Shown in pieces: positions 10,981-20,086 of a stretch of 64,000 bases of DNA. The notes under the pieces are model-generated. The model was not told the origin of the DNA. It did no database searches and was given only the letters and a program-made list of their open reading frames with translations. The stretch lies in assembly GCA_035534615.1 (NCBI GenBank), contig DATLRO010000082.1:65458-129457 (forward strand), given 5' to 3'. Within the stretch, counting starts at the first letter, position 1. Every line of letters starts with the position of its first letter. The translations under genes were made by a program, and so were the position numbers. The stretch comes from Vicinamibacterales bacterium. GTDB lineage: Bacteria; Acidobacteriota; Vicinamibacteria; Vicinamibacterales; CAVVIG01.

Positions 10981-12567
10981 TCACGCCTGCGGCGCCGGCT
11001 CGTGCGGCGTCGCGGCCGCCAGCGTCATGCCGATCGCGACGATCATGCAGGCCCAGGCGAACCAGTCGCCGATCCGGTCGTAGACCGTCACCACGTGCGC
11101 CGCCGGTACGGAGGCGGCGAGCAGCACGTCGGGGGCCGCGTCGCTGCGCCGCGCGGCCACGATGCGGCCGTACGGATCGCTGACCGTCAGGCGGCCCTGC
11201 CGGGCCGTGCGCACGACACCGAACCCGCCCTCGACGCCGCGCACGACCGCCATCCGCGCGCGCAGCCGGCCGTCGCGGACGAAGTCCGACGCCGGCACGA
11301 ACAGGAGGCCGACCCCCTTCGCCGCATACTCACGGCCGACGGACGGCACATCCAGGTCGCTGCCGATGGCGACGCCGGCCCGCCGCCCCTCGAACCCCCA
11401 CACCGCCGCCGAATACCCGCGCTGATAGCCGGACTCGACCCCTTCGAACAGATGCTGCTGGAGGTAGCTGATGGCCACCTGCCCGTCGGGCGTGATGACC
11501 AGCGCCACGTTCCGTTTCGGCGAAATCCCGATCTCGTTGACGCCGGCCACGACCCACACGTGGGCGCTCGCAGCCGCCCGCGCCAGGAGGTCCTGCGCCT
11601 CGGCCCGGTCGGCGGACGTCACGCCGACGAACTTCTCCGGCAGGACCACGACCTTCGCGCCGTCGGCCGCCAGCTGCCGGATGCGGCCGGCGTAGGCACG
11701 AATCACGGACAGCGCAACGGCCGCGCGCCCGGGGTGGTCGGCGTCGCGCACCGTCGCGTCGGTCGCGGCCAGACCGACGCGCACGCCCGGCGCGTCCAGC
11801 GGAAGCGACAGCCTGACCGCCCCGAGGCCGGCCGCGAGCGCGACGATGACGGCCGGCACGCCGGCCGCCACCAGAAAGTCGCGCGTCTCGCCGCGACGCA
11901 GCCAGGCGGTCGCGAGCCCCGACGCCACCAGCGACACGAGGAACGTCACGCCCCAGAGGCCGACCACCGACGCGATCTGCAGGATCGGCAGCACGCCGGC
12001 CTGCGTGTAGGCGACGCTCCCGAAGCTGCCGTCGGGTGACAGCGTCGCGACCAGATAATCGGCGGCCGCCGCCAGTACCGGGAACGCGAACAACCCGACG
12101 TACGTCGGCTGCCGGCGCCAGATGTAACGGGCGGCCAGCACGACCAGCGTGAAGACGACCGCCGGGATGAAGACCGCGCGCGCAATCACAAGGGGCGGCA
12201 GGAGGCCGTGATAGAGCTCCAGCCACGCCAGGCTGCCGAGCAGCGCGGCCGCAAATGCCGCGATCGCCGCCCGGCGCACGGAGGTCGAATACGCCACGAC
12301 GAGCACGGGGGCGGGGGCCAGCCAGGCCAGGATCCAGACGTCGTGGGCGCCGGTCGACAGGAACCAGGCAAGTGCCGAAGCGAGGACGCAGAGCAGGCCG
12401 ATGACGGTCTCGCGCGAACGGGTCGTGGGGCAGCCTCCCGGGGGATGAATGTACAGGGTACAACGGATGATGTGCGACGTGCGATGGACGCGATCGGCCG
12501 CGGCAGGGTTCCCGAGCCCCGGGCGCCGACGGGCCGGGCTGAAGCTCGGGGCCACAACAAAACCCAC
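10981..12567 (-). CDS. Membrane-anchored carbon-nitrogen hydrolase superfamily protein, apolipoprotein N-acyltransferase (Lnt)-like topology, with a non-canonical catalytic triad
   Basis: The N-terminal part has about 6 hydrophobic helices, followed by a CN-hydrolase domain (VVVLPEKF..., SYLQQHLFEG, GVAIGSDLDVP, LLFVPA). Glu is present, but the Lys and Cys positions read Gln and Gly. The start is uncertain, as no better in-frame start was seen near the first helix. Confidence 0.7.
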   Translation of the reverse strand: MGFVVAPSFSPARRRPGLGNPAAADRVHRTSHIIRCTLYIHPPGGCPTTRSRETVIGLLCVLASALAWFLSTGAHDVWILAWLAPAPVLVVAYSTSVRRAAIAAFAAALLGSLAWLELYHGLLPPLVIARAVFIPAVVFTLVVLAARYIWRRQPTYVGLFAFPVLAAAADYLVATLSPDGSFGSVAYTQAGVLPILQIASVVGLWGVTFLVSLVASGLATAWLRRGETRDFLVAAGVPAVIVALAAGLGAVRLSLPLDAPGVRVGLAATDATVRDADHPGRAAVALSVIRAYAGRIRQLAADGAKVVVLPEKFVGVTSADRAEAQDLLARAAASAHVWVVAGVNEIGISPKRNVALVITPDGQVAISYLQQHLFEGVESGYQRGYSAAVWGFEGRRAGVAIGSDLDVPSVGREYAAKGVGLLFVPASDFVRDGRLRARMAVVRGVEGGFGVVRTARQGRLTVSDPYGRIVAARRSDAAPDVLLAASVPAAHVVTVYDRIGDWFAWACMIVAIGMTLAAATPHEPAPQA

Positions 12568-12594
12568 CAGCGCCCTGGAGCGGCCGAGCAGAGG

Positions 12595-15105
12595 CTAGCT
12601 CGCGCGCCGCGCCGGCTCGGACGTCCGGCGCTCGAGCAGATCGCAGATCTGTTCCACGCATCGCGTCAGGTCGACCGGCTTGGCCATGAACAGGTTCGCG
12701 CCCGCCTGGTGCGACTCGCGCGCCGCGTCCTCCGGGGGCATGCCCGACATGGCGATGATCGGCACGGTCGCGCCGCCTGGCAGCGTTCGGATCTGCTGAA
12801 TCACGTCCGTGCCGTGGAGGCCCGGCAGGTGCAGGTCGACCAGGACGACATCCGCACCACCCTCCCGGAACTCGGCGACGGCCCGGCGTCCGTCTTCGAC
12901 CGCCGTCACCCGAAAGCCGCGCCGGCGGATCATCGTGGTGTAGAACCCGCGCAGCAGCACGTCGTCTTCGGCGATGAGGACCCGGGGCCGTTGTCCGGGC
13001 CCGACGACGCGACCGACCTCGCGCAGCAGCGTCTCGGCCGTGACCGGCTTCTGCAGCACGGGACGCGTGCCGAGCATCGGACGCAGCTCGTCGGCGATGA
13101 CCGAGAGCACGACGACCGGGGTCCCGGCAATCGTCTCGTCGGCGGCGATCGCCCGGATCGCCGCGTGGCCGCTCGACCGCGGCATGATCAGATCGATCAG
13201 CACCAGGTCCGGCCGATGGAGGCGCGTCTGCTCGACCGCGTCGTTCCCGTCGCGCGCCTCGATCACCTCGTAACCCGCCCCCTCCAGCTGCCGCCGCAGG
13301 ACCAGGCGCATGTCGTCATCGTCGTCCACGACCAGGATCCGCCGGCGTGACCCGCCGGGCGCGGGAGCGGGGGCCGGCGCCTCGACCGCCGCCGGCGCCG
13401 GCACGCCGTCGCCAGCCGGCAAATCGATCGTGAACGTGGTGCCGAAGCCCGGTTCGCTGACCGCGTCGATCGTGCCGCCGTGCTGCTCCACCAGGGCTCT
13501 CGAGATCGCCAGTCCCAGGCCGGTGCCGCCGACCTGGCGGGTGGACGAGCTGTCCAGCTGCTGGAATTTCTGGAAGAGCCTGGGCAGGTCCGCCGCGTCA
13601 ATCCCGCGCCCCCGGTCGTGCACGGCGAACGACAGCATCCGGCCGCGGCTCGAGACCTCGACCGTGACGACGGAGTCGGCGGGGGCGAATTTCACCGCAT
13701 TCGAGAGCAGATTGACGAGCACCTGCACGATGCGATCGCCATCGACCGAAATCGGGAGCATCGTCCGGTGGACGTACGGAATGATGCGCACCCGGTTCGT
13801 CCGGGCCATGCCCGCCACGCTCTGGATCGCGGCCTCCACCAGCGCGTACGGCGCCCAGGGCGCGCGCTGCAGCTGGATGCCGCCCGCTTCGATCTTCGAG
13901 ATGTCGAGGATGTCGTTGATGATGCGGATCAGCCGCTCGCAGTTGCTCAGCGCCACGTCCAGCAGCTGACGCTGCTCCTCGTCCAGCGCCGCCGCCCCTT
14001 CGTCGATGACGAGCTGCAGCGAGCCCCGGATGGACGTGAGCGGCGTACGCAGCTCGTGGCTGACGGTGGAGACGAACTCGTCCTTCATCCGCTCGATCCG
14101 CCGCCGTTCCGACACGTCGGACATGATGCCCGCGAAGTGCCGCTGCCCGCCCGCCTCGAATTCGAACAGCGACAGCTCCACCGGGAACGTCGTCCCGTCC
14201 CGGCGCTGTCCCGTCCACTCGGTGATCGTCCCGAGGCCGCGCCGGCGGACCGATTCGAGAAATTCGGACGCGTCGCCCTCCGGCCTGGTGTGCAGGACCG
14301 TCACGTGGCGGCCGACGAGCTCGCCCCGCGCGGCGCCGAACATCCGCTCCGCCGCCGGGTTGCTCGACTCGATGATGCCGTGGTCGTTCGTCGTGATCAG
14401 CCCGGCCAGCATGTTGTCGATGATGACGCGCAGGCGGTTCTCGCTGGTCCGCAGCGCCCCGTCGGACTTCTCCAGCGCGCTCGCCTGCCGGCCCAGCCGG
14501 TAGAACGCCACCCCCAGCAGCACGGCCCCCAGGACGATGAGCCTCACCACCGCGCCCAGCACCCGCTGGCTCCCGGCCGCCAGGCGGACTTCCCGCCGCG
14601 ACATGAGTGCGCGCTCGGCGTCGATCATGCTGGTGACCAGACGGCGCATCTCGTCCAGGTGGTCGCCGTGACCGGAACCGTCGAACATCGCGGCCGCGGC
14701 CTTCAAGCCGCCGGTGGTCCGCATGCCGGTGAGGCGATCGAGGCGTGCCAGCTCCGTCCGGGCCACGCCCTGCAGCGCCTGCAGGCGTGCCTGCTGATAC
14801 GCCTCCCCGGCCACCAGCGGACCGAGATGCCGCAACTGCGCCTCGATCGCGCTGCGCGCCGTCTCGTACGCCGCCAGCCGCGCGGGATTACCGGACAGCA
14901 GAAAGCCGCGAGCGCCGGTCTCCCCCTGATCGATCGCGGCCCGCGTGTCGGACAGGCTGGCGAGCACGTCCTGGCCGTGCAGGAGCCATCGGGTCCTGTT
15001 CAGGTAGGACTCGACCTGAATCAGGGAAATCAGGCCGGCGATCACCATCAGGGCGAGACCGGCCAGAAAGGCGGCGACCAGCCGGCGGCGCGTCGGAGAG
15101 GTCAC
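12595..15105 (-). CDS. CHASE3-PAS hybrid sensor histidine kinase with two C-terminal receiver domains
   Basis: 836 aa: a TM helix, a CHASE3-like periplasmic region (ETGARGFLLSGNPARLAAYE), a second TM helix, PAS, HisKA (STVSHELRTPLTSI), HATPase_c (GTGLGLAIS), REC1 (ILVVDDDDDMR...LIDLIMP) and REC2 (VLIAEDDVLLR...LVDLHLPGL). It has a GTG start. Confidence 0.9.
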   Translation of the reverse strand: MTSPTRRRLVAAFLAGLALMVIAGLISLIQVESYLNRTRWLLHGQDVLASLSDTRAAIDQGETGARGFLLSGNPARLAAYETARSAIEAQLRHLGPLVAGEAYQQARLQALQGVARTELARLDRLTGMRTTGGLKAAAAMFDGSGHGDHLDEMRRLVTSMIDAERALMSRREVRLAAGSQRVLGAVVRLIVLGAVLLGVAFYRLGRQASALEKSDGALRTSENRLRVIIDNMLAGLITTNDHGIIESSNPAAERMFGAARGELVGRHVTVLHTRPEGDASEFLESVRRRGLGTITEWTGQRRDGTTFPVELSLFEFEAGGQRHFAGIMSDVSERRRIERMKDEFVSTVSHELRTPLTSIRGSLQLVIDEGAAALDEEQRQLLDVALSNCERLIRIINDILDISKIEAGGIQLQRAPWAPYALVEAAIQSVAGMARTNRVRIIPYVHRTMLPISVDGDRIVQVLVNLLSNAVKFAPADSVVTVEVSSRGRMLSFAVHDRGRGIDAADLPRLFQKFQQLDSSSTRQVGGTGLGLAISRALVEQHGGTIDAVSEPGFGTTFTIDLPAGDGVPAPAAVEAPAPAPAPGGSRRRILVVDDDDDMRLVLRRQLEGAGYEVIEARDGNDAVEQTRLHRPDLVLIDLIMPRSSGHAAIRAIAADETIAGTPVVVLSVIADELRPMLGTRPVLQKPVTAETLLREVGRVVGPGQRPRVLIAEDDVLLRGFYTTMIRRRGFRVTAVEDGRRAVAEFREGGADVVLVDLHLPGLHGTDVIQQIRTLPGGATVPIIAMSGMPPEDAARESHQAGANLFMAKPVDLTRCVEQICDLLERRTSEPARRAS

Positions 15106-15500
15106 GCCGGCGCTCCCCGCCCGCCAGCCTCCCGGGCCTCGAGAATCGTCGCGACGCGTGCGCCGAGCCGCAGGGCGTCGAACGGCTTCACGATGTAACC
15201 GGCCGCGCCGAGCGCCAGCCCCCGCGTCACCTCCGACTCCTGGGATTTGGCGGTCAGGAAGATCACGGGAATGTCCCGCGTCGCCGGGTCGTCCTTCAAC
15301 TGCCGGCAGGTTTCCGGCCCGTCCAGGCCGGGCATCATCCAGTCGAGCAGGACGACATCGGGCGGTCGCGTGCGGACGGCAGCCAGCGCCTCGATGCCGC
15401 TGCCGGCGACGGTCACGTCGAAGCCGGCCTTTTTCAGCGCCAGACGGGCGATGAGTTGAATGTCGACGTCGTCTTCGGCCAGGAGAATGCGGGTGCTCAT
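15102..15500 (-). CDS. Single-domain CheY-like response regulator
   Basis: 132 aa: ILLAEDDVDI...VLLDWMMPGLDG...FLTAK...YIVKPF. Its stop overlaps the kinase GTG start by 4 nt (GTGA), which suggests translational coupling. Confidence 0.9.
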   Translation of the reverse strand: MSTRILLAEDDVDIQLIARLALKKAGFDVTVAGSGIEALAAVRTRPPDVVLLDWMMPGLDGPETCRQLKDDPATRDIPVIFLTAKSQESEVTRGLALGAAGYIVKPFDALRLGARVATILEAREAGGRGAPA

Positions 15501-15571
15501 GAGCCTCAGCGCCTTCGCCGCCGTCCCGTGCGGGACGTCCGGACCGTCCGGGCGTCCCCGGGGTCAGGCGG

Positions 15572-17116
15572 CTAGCTCAGCAGGCGCCGGACCCTTACTG
15601 CAATCTCAATCGGCCGGAACGGCTTGACCACGTAATCGTCCGCTCCCAGACCGACGGCCCGGCGGACATCGTCGGCCCGTCCGCTGGCGGAAAGCACCAG
15701 CACACGCGGCTTGGTCTGGCGCTGCCGGCCCAGCTCCTCGAGCACGTCCAGGCCGGTCATATCCGGCATCATGAGGTCCAGGATCAGGAGATTCGGACGC
15801 TCCCTGATCACCGCGTCGACCGCCGACCGCCCGTCGCGGCAGAGGGTCGTTTCGTAGCCGGCCGCCCGCAGCTGCGCATCCACGAGCCGGGTGACCTCCG
15901 GATCGTCCTCCGCCACGACGATCCGCCCGCGCGACCGCGGCGCGGAGCCTTTGGTCACGTCGGTCCGCGTCCCAGCCAGGCTGCCGGCCTGGCGCGTCCG
16001 GGCCAGCGCCTCGTCCGCTTCCGCGAGCAGCGATTCCAGGTCGAGCTGACCCGCGCCACCCGTCCCGACCACCCCGGCGCACGGCAGCGTGCCGTCGGCC
16101 CCCTGCACGGCGTCGAGCGTGTGTCGCAGTTGCGCGACGACCTGTCCGGCCGAGCGGTTGGGCAGCAGGAGGAGGAGATAGGTGCCCCGGTAGCGCGCGG
16201 CGAGATCCTGCGCGCGCAGGCGGCTCAGGATCGGCTGCACGTCGGCGCCGTCCGGCATGCGGATCAGCGCCATCGACACCGCGCGCCGCTCGAGGATGTC
16301 GCGCGCCGCGGGCAGAAAGGCCTCGAACGACAGGAGGGCGCCGGATCGCGCCTCGCCGGCCGGGACGGAGGCCGGTGCGGTCTTCCGGCGATCCAGCATC
16401 ACCGCCAGCCGCAGCGTGAGCCGCTGCGCGTCGACCGGCTTCTCCAGATAGTCGTCCGCCCCGAGCGCCTTGGCCAGCGCACGGTCGGCGGCGGCGGCAC
16501 GCGTCGTCACGAACATGACCGGCACGTACGACAGGGCGCTGGCCTTGATGGCGCGGCACAGGGCATAGCCGTCGACGCCCGGCAGCTGCACGTCGAGAAT
16601 GATCGCATCCGGAGGCCGCTCGGTCGCGGTGGCCAGCGCGTCTTCAGCCGACGCCACGCCGATCGGCCGGTACCCGGCCTCGGTCAGCCACGCCAGCATC
16701 AACGTCCGCTGCTCCGGGTCGTCCTCGACGACCATGATGCGCCCCGGGCCGGCCGGAACCGGGCCCCCCTCCCGCGGCAGCGCCGCCGCCTCGTCCAGCC
16801 GGAACGCGTCGCGCAGCGCGTCGGTCGCGGTGCGCCAGGCGGGCCGGTCGATCGGCGCGGCCGACACCTCGATGGCGAGCTGCTCCAGCGCCGACGCCCG
16901 CGCACTGACCGATGGAAAGCCGACCGTCCCGGCCAGGCCCGCCAGCTGGTGCGCAGCCGTGCGGAGCGCATGGGGCGCCGCCTCTCCTTTCGGTTCGACG
17001 AGATCGTCGGTCAACCGCTCGATGGCGCGAATCCGTTCGTCGAAGGTGGCGACGAACCGCCTGCGCACGTCGAGCAGCGCGCGTTCAGGGTCGTCCGGGT
17101 CCTGTGTTTCTGTCAC
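15572..17116 (-). CDS. HPt - receiver - degenerate GGDEF-like - receiver multidomain signalling protein
   Basis: Trimmed to the GTG at residue 185 of the track ORF, because the upstream part overlaps ureD and is Arg-rich. It contains an HPt motif (AAHQLAGLAGTVGF), REC (IMVVEDDPEQ...ILDVQLPGVDG), a GGDEF-fold-like segment in which RYRGTYLLLLL replaces R-GGDEF, ending in LAEADEALARTRQAG, and a second REC (IVVAEDDPEV...ILDLMMPDMTG...VVKPF). Confidence 0.75.
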   Translation of the reverse strand: MTETQDPDDPERALLDVRRRFVATFDERIRAIERLTDDLVEPKGEAAPHALRTAAHQLAGLAGTVGFPSVSARASALEQLAIEVSAAPIDRPAWRTATDALRDAFRLDEAAALPREGGPVPAGPGRIMVVEDDPEQRTLMLAWLTEAGYRPIGVASAEDALATATERPPDAIILDVQLPGVDGYALCRAIKASALSYVPVMFVTTRAAAADRALAKALGADDYLEKPVDAQRLTLRLAVMLDRRKTAPASVPAGEARSGALLSFEAFLPAARDILERRAVSMALIRMPDGADVQPILSRLRAQDLAARYRGTYLLLLLPNRSAGQVVAQLRHTLDAVQGADGTLPCAGVVGTGGAGQLDLESLLAEADEALARTRQAGSLAGTRTDVTKGSAPRSRGRIVVAEDDPEVTRLVDAQLRAAGYETTLCRDGRSAVDAVIRERPNLLILDLMMPDMTGLDVLEELGRQRQTKPRVLVLSASGRADDVRRAVGLGADDYVVKPFRPIEIAVRVRRLLS

Positions 17117-17321
17117 GACATTCCCGTACCGCGGTGGGCGACCGGGACCGGCATCCGACACGACCCGGGTTCGCGGCGGGACTCGACAGGCGGGCGGGCG
17201 CCACCGCGCGGCCCACGCATGGCGCGGCGCCGGTGCAACATCATCACATGTCCAGTGTAAGGCACCCGGGACCGGCCGGCCATGGCGGCGACCGCCGCCG
17301 GTTTCCGGGCGGGCGAGCCCG

Positions 17322-18221
17322 TCAGGGGCGAAGCGGGGGTGGGATCTGATCCAGCAGGGTTTCGAACACCGCCGTCCGCCAGGCACGCTGCCATCGGCGG
17401 AACGACGCCCCGTCGGCCGCGGTGACGCGTCCGGCGAGCAGGCCGGGAGCCGGCAGGTCGACGCCGCCGAGGAGCGCGCCCGCCTCCTCCTTCGGGCGGC
17501 CCGCCTCGAAGAGCGCCGCCTGGAGCGCGTCGCCGCGCGTCTCGTCGAGCCGCGCATCGCACGCCAGCAGCGATCCCAGGTAGGGGTGCGCGCCCATCGC
17601 CCAGCGTGCCGTCGGATCGACCGGCCCCTCCCCGAGCGAGAACCGCTCCAGGTGGACCAGTACGCCATCGCGGCGGAGCGCCGTCTCCACGTCGAGGCGC
17701 GCGAACTGCCAGCGCTCCCCGCGCCGGACGCGACCGGCCATCAGCCCGTCGCTCCAGAACAGACGCCCGGCGCCCGTCACCTCCAGACACGTGATCTGGC
17801 GCACGCGCGCCCCGGCGAAAGGAATGAGCGGATCCAGGTACGCGTGCAGCTCACCGCCGTCTTCCACGACGGCGCGCAGCCGCTGGCGGGCCACGCTGGT
17901 CCGGTCGGCCGACGGATGCGCCTGCAGCGCCGCCTGCGACGTCACGACGACGCGCGCGCCGCGCTGCACGCGGATGTCCACGTCGGTGCGATCGCCGCCG
18001 AACAGTCCGGCCGTGGTCTGGACGAGCATGAAGTGGGCCAGCGAAGGACCGGCCGGGTGGAACAGCGGCGTGATTCGGAACGGCGCCTCCGCGTAGGCAT
18101 GCACCAGGCCGGTCCGCCCGGCCGTCTCGCCGAACACGAGCTCGAGCCGGCCCGCGCGGCCGGTCCCGGGCGCGGCGACTCCGATCCGGGCGGACGCGAC
18201 GGTCTCAGCCGGCGTGCTCAC
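17322..18221 (-). CDS. ureD: Urease accessory protein UreD
   Basis: 299 aa, last gene of the ure cluster, overlapping the ureG stop region by 17 nt. It has a UreD-like sequence (LELVFGE...TGLV..., [12 protein letters not shown]). Confidence 0.85.
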   Translation of the reverse strand: MSTPAETVASARIGVAAPGTGRAGRLELVFGETAGRTGLVHAYAEAPFRITPLFHPAGPSLAHFMLVQTTAGLFGGDRTDVDIRVQRGARVVVTSQAALQAHPSADRTSVARQRLRAVVEDGGELHAYLDPLIPFAGARVRQITCLEVTGAGRLFWSDGLMAGRVRRGERWQFARLDVETALRRDGVLVHLERFSLGEGPVDPTARWAMGAHPYLGSLLACDARLDETRGDALQAALFEAGRPKEEAGALLGGVDLPAPGLLAGRVTAADGASFRRWQRAWRTAVFETLLDQIPPPLRP

Positions 18222-18849
18222 AGGCGCCGTCTCCGATCGTCTCGAACAGCAGGTTCGCCCGGATCCAGTCGATGATCGCCGGCAGCCCCCGGCCGGACTT
18301 CAGGTTGCTGAACACGAACGGCCGGTCGCCGCGCATCAGCTTCGCGTCACGGGCCATCACGTCGAGGTCGGCGCCGACGTGCGGCGCGAGATCGATCTTG
18401 TTGACGACGAGCAGGTCCGAGCGGGTGACACCCGGACCGCCCTTGCGCGGCACCTTGTCGCCGCCCGCGACGTCGATGACGTAGATCGACGCGTCGACCA
18501 GCTCCGGACTGAAGCTGGCCGCCAGATTGTCGCCCCCGCTCTCCAGAAAAATGATCTGCGTCCCGGGCCACATGGCCTTCATCCGATCGATCGCCTCGAA
18601 GTTCAGGGAGGCATCTTCGCGGATGGCCGTGTGCGGGCACCCGCCCGTCTGCACCCCGATGATCCGATCGGGCGGCAGAGCGTGGCTGCGGACGAGAAAC
18701 TCCATGTCCTCCTTCGTGAAGATGTCGTTGGTCACGACCCCGAGCTGGTAGCGGTCGCGCATCGCCTTGCAGAGGGCGTCGACCAGGGCGGTCTTGCCCG
18801 ATCCCACCGGTCCTCCGATTCCCACGACCACCGGCCTCTTCATCGTCAT
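18205..18849 (-). CDS. ureG: Urease accessory GTPase UreG
   Basis: Internal start [23 protein letters not shown] (P-loop), with the CPH motif ([11 protein letters not shown]) and NKIDL. The track ORF 18205..20034 is an artefactual N-terminal extension through ureF and ureE. Confidence 0.95.
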   Translation of the reverse strand: MTMKRPVVVGIGGPVGSGKTALVDALCKAMRDRYQLGVVTNDIFTKEDMEFLVRSHALPPDRIIGVQTGGCPHTAIREDASLNFEAIDRMKAMWPGTQIIFLESGGDNLAASFSPELVDASIYVIDVAGGDKVPRKGGPGVTRSDLLVVNKIDLAPHVGADLDVMARDAKLMRGDRPFVFSNLKSGRGLPAIIDWIRANLLFETIGDGACEHAG

Positions 18850-18860
18850 GCTCCTGCAGC

Positions 18861-19550
18861 TCACGAACGGAACAACCGGCTGTACACCAATCGGTGCGTC
18901 AGCTGCTCCACGTCCAGCGCCGGCGAGAACGACGAGGGGGGCCGCACGCCGCGCGCGACGACCGCCTCCACCGCCGCGGGCAGCTCCGCCAGCCGGGCCG
19001 TGAGGATCTCCTGCGCGCGCTGCTGGCCGATCGCCATCAGCCGCAGCGCCGCCGACGCCGCCCCGGCCAGCCGTCCGTACGCGAAGCCGAGCAGCATCTC
19101 CGGCGCGCCGAGGCCGGCCGAAGCGCAGACCGCGCCGTGCGCCACGGCGAGGTTCGCCGCCAGGTGCCCCGCCTCGATCTGTCCGACCAGCGCCGCAAGC
19201 GGCGGCGAGGGGTGCAGCCGCGCCCAGGTCGTGACCAGCTGCCGCCCGAGCTGGCGGCTGCCGGCCCGGATCGACGCCGCCGGCTTGAGCGCCGTGAGCT
19301 CCCGATCCAGCGCAATGAGCGCCTCCCAGTCGCACGCGCCGAACGCCGCGGCCGCGCCGAGCACCGCCGGACCGTCGCAGGCCGGCAGCACGGCCTCGAC
19401 GTAATGGCGCATCCAGCCGGCCAGCGCCTCGGCGTCGGCCACCAGCCCGTGCGCGACCGCCGCCTCCAGGCCGTCCGAGTACGCGAAACTGCCGATCGGG
19501 AAGAAGCTGTCGTGCAGCTGCAGCGCGCGGAGGAACTGCGGGGCGTCCAT
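18861..19550 (-). CDS. ureF: Urease accessory protein UreF
   Basis: 229 aa: [20 protein letters not shown], as typical of UreF; located between ureE and ureG. Confidence 0.9.
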   Translation of the reverse strand: MDAPQFLRALQLHDSFFPIGSFAYSDGLEAAVAHGLVADAEALAGWMRHYVEAVLPACDGPAVLGAAAAFGACDWEALIALDRELTALKPAASIRAGSRQLGRQLVTTWARLHPSPPLAALVGQIEAGHLAANLAVAHGAVCASAGLGAPEMLLGFAYGRLAGAASAALRLMAIGQQRAQEILTARLAELPAAVEAVVARGVRPPSSFSPALDVEQLTHRLVYSRLFRS

Positions 19551-19562
19551 GGGCAGTCCCGA

Positions 19563-20054
19563 TCAATCGCGCCGGTGGCGACCGTCGCCGGCGTGGCCGT
19601 GCGCATGATCGTGTCCGACCCGGGCGATCGCCGGCGTGAAGGGGCGCCGTGCCGCCACGTACGGAATCCGCAGCTGTTCGAGCAGCTGCTGCACGCCCGG
19701 CCCCCGCGGGCAGATCAGCGCGTCGCCGGCAATCATCAGCGGCTGGTGGCGGTTGCCGATCTGATACGCGTCCCAGGCCCACTCCTGCGGCGTCGCCGGC
19801 CTGAGGACGAACACCTCTTCCTCGGATTCCCGGACGCGCACCACGCGCCGCAGCGGCTCGAGCAGGAGACAGTCGCCTTCCCGGAGCGTCACGCCCGGCG
19901 GCAGCGACAGGCCGAACTCGGTCCCCTGGTCGGTCCGGCGCCGGCCATGTCCCTGCTGGCGGTCCTCCCACCCGAGCGTCATCGTTTCCTCGACGTATCC
20001 GGCGGTTTCGCCGCCGGGCAGCTCGTCCCGGCACACACGGTCGACGATGAGCAT
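19563..20054 (-). CDS. ureE: Urease accessory metallochaperone UreE with His-rich tail
   Basis: Trimmed to Met29 (MLIVDRV...), because the longer form would overlap ureC. It has the C-terminal tail [13 protein letters not shown]. Confidence 0.85.
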   Translation of the reverse strand: MLIVDRVCRDELPGGETAGYVEETMTLGWEDRQQGHGRRRTDQGTEFGLSLPPGVTLREGDCLLLEPLRRVVRVRESEEEVFVLRPATPQEWAWDAYQIGNRHQPLMIAGDALICPRGPGVQQLLEQLRIPYVAARRPFTPAIARVGHDHAHGHAGDGRHRRD

Positions 20055-20086
20055 GGGTGGCCTGCGGATCCGGGTGCCATCCGGCA

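Noticed and set aside
18205-20034. 609-aa track ORF suggesting a giant UreG fusion. Similar long N-terminal extensions occur at 15572..17668, 27048..29393, 45781..47931, 54927..57365, 8968..10641, 5897..8887 and 4595..5869.
   Set aside because: The extensions are Arg-rich, overlap neighbouring real genes (ureF/ureE, ureD and others) and precede internal starts. Those internal starts have Shine-Dalgarno sequences and sensible signal peptides or family N-termini, so I trimmed to them.
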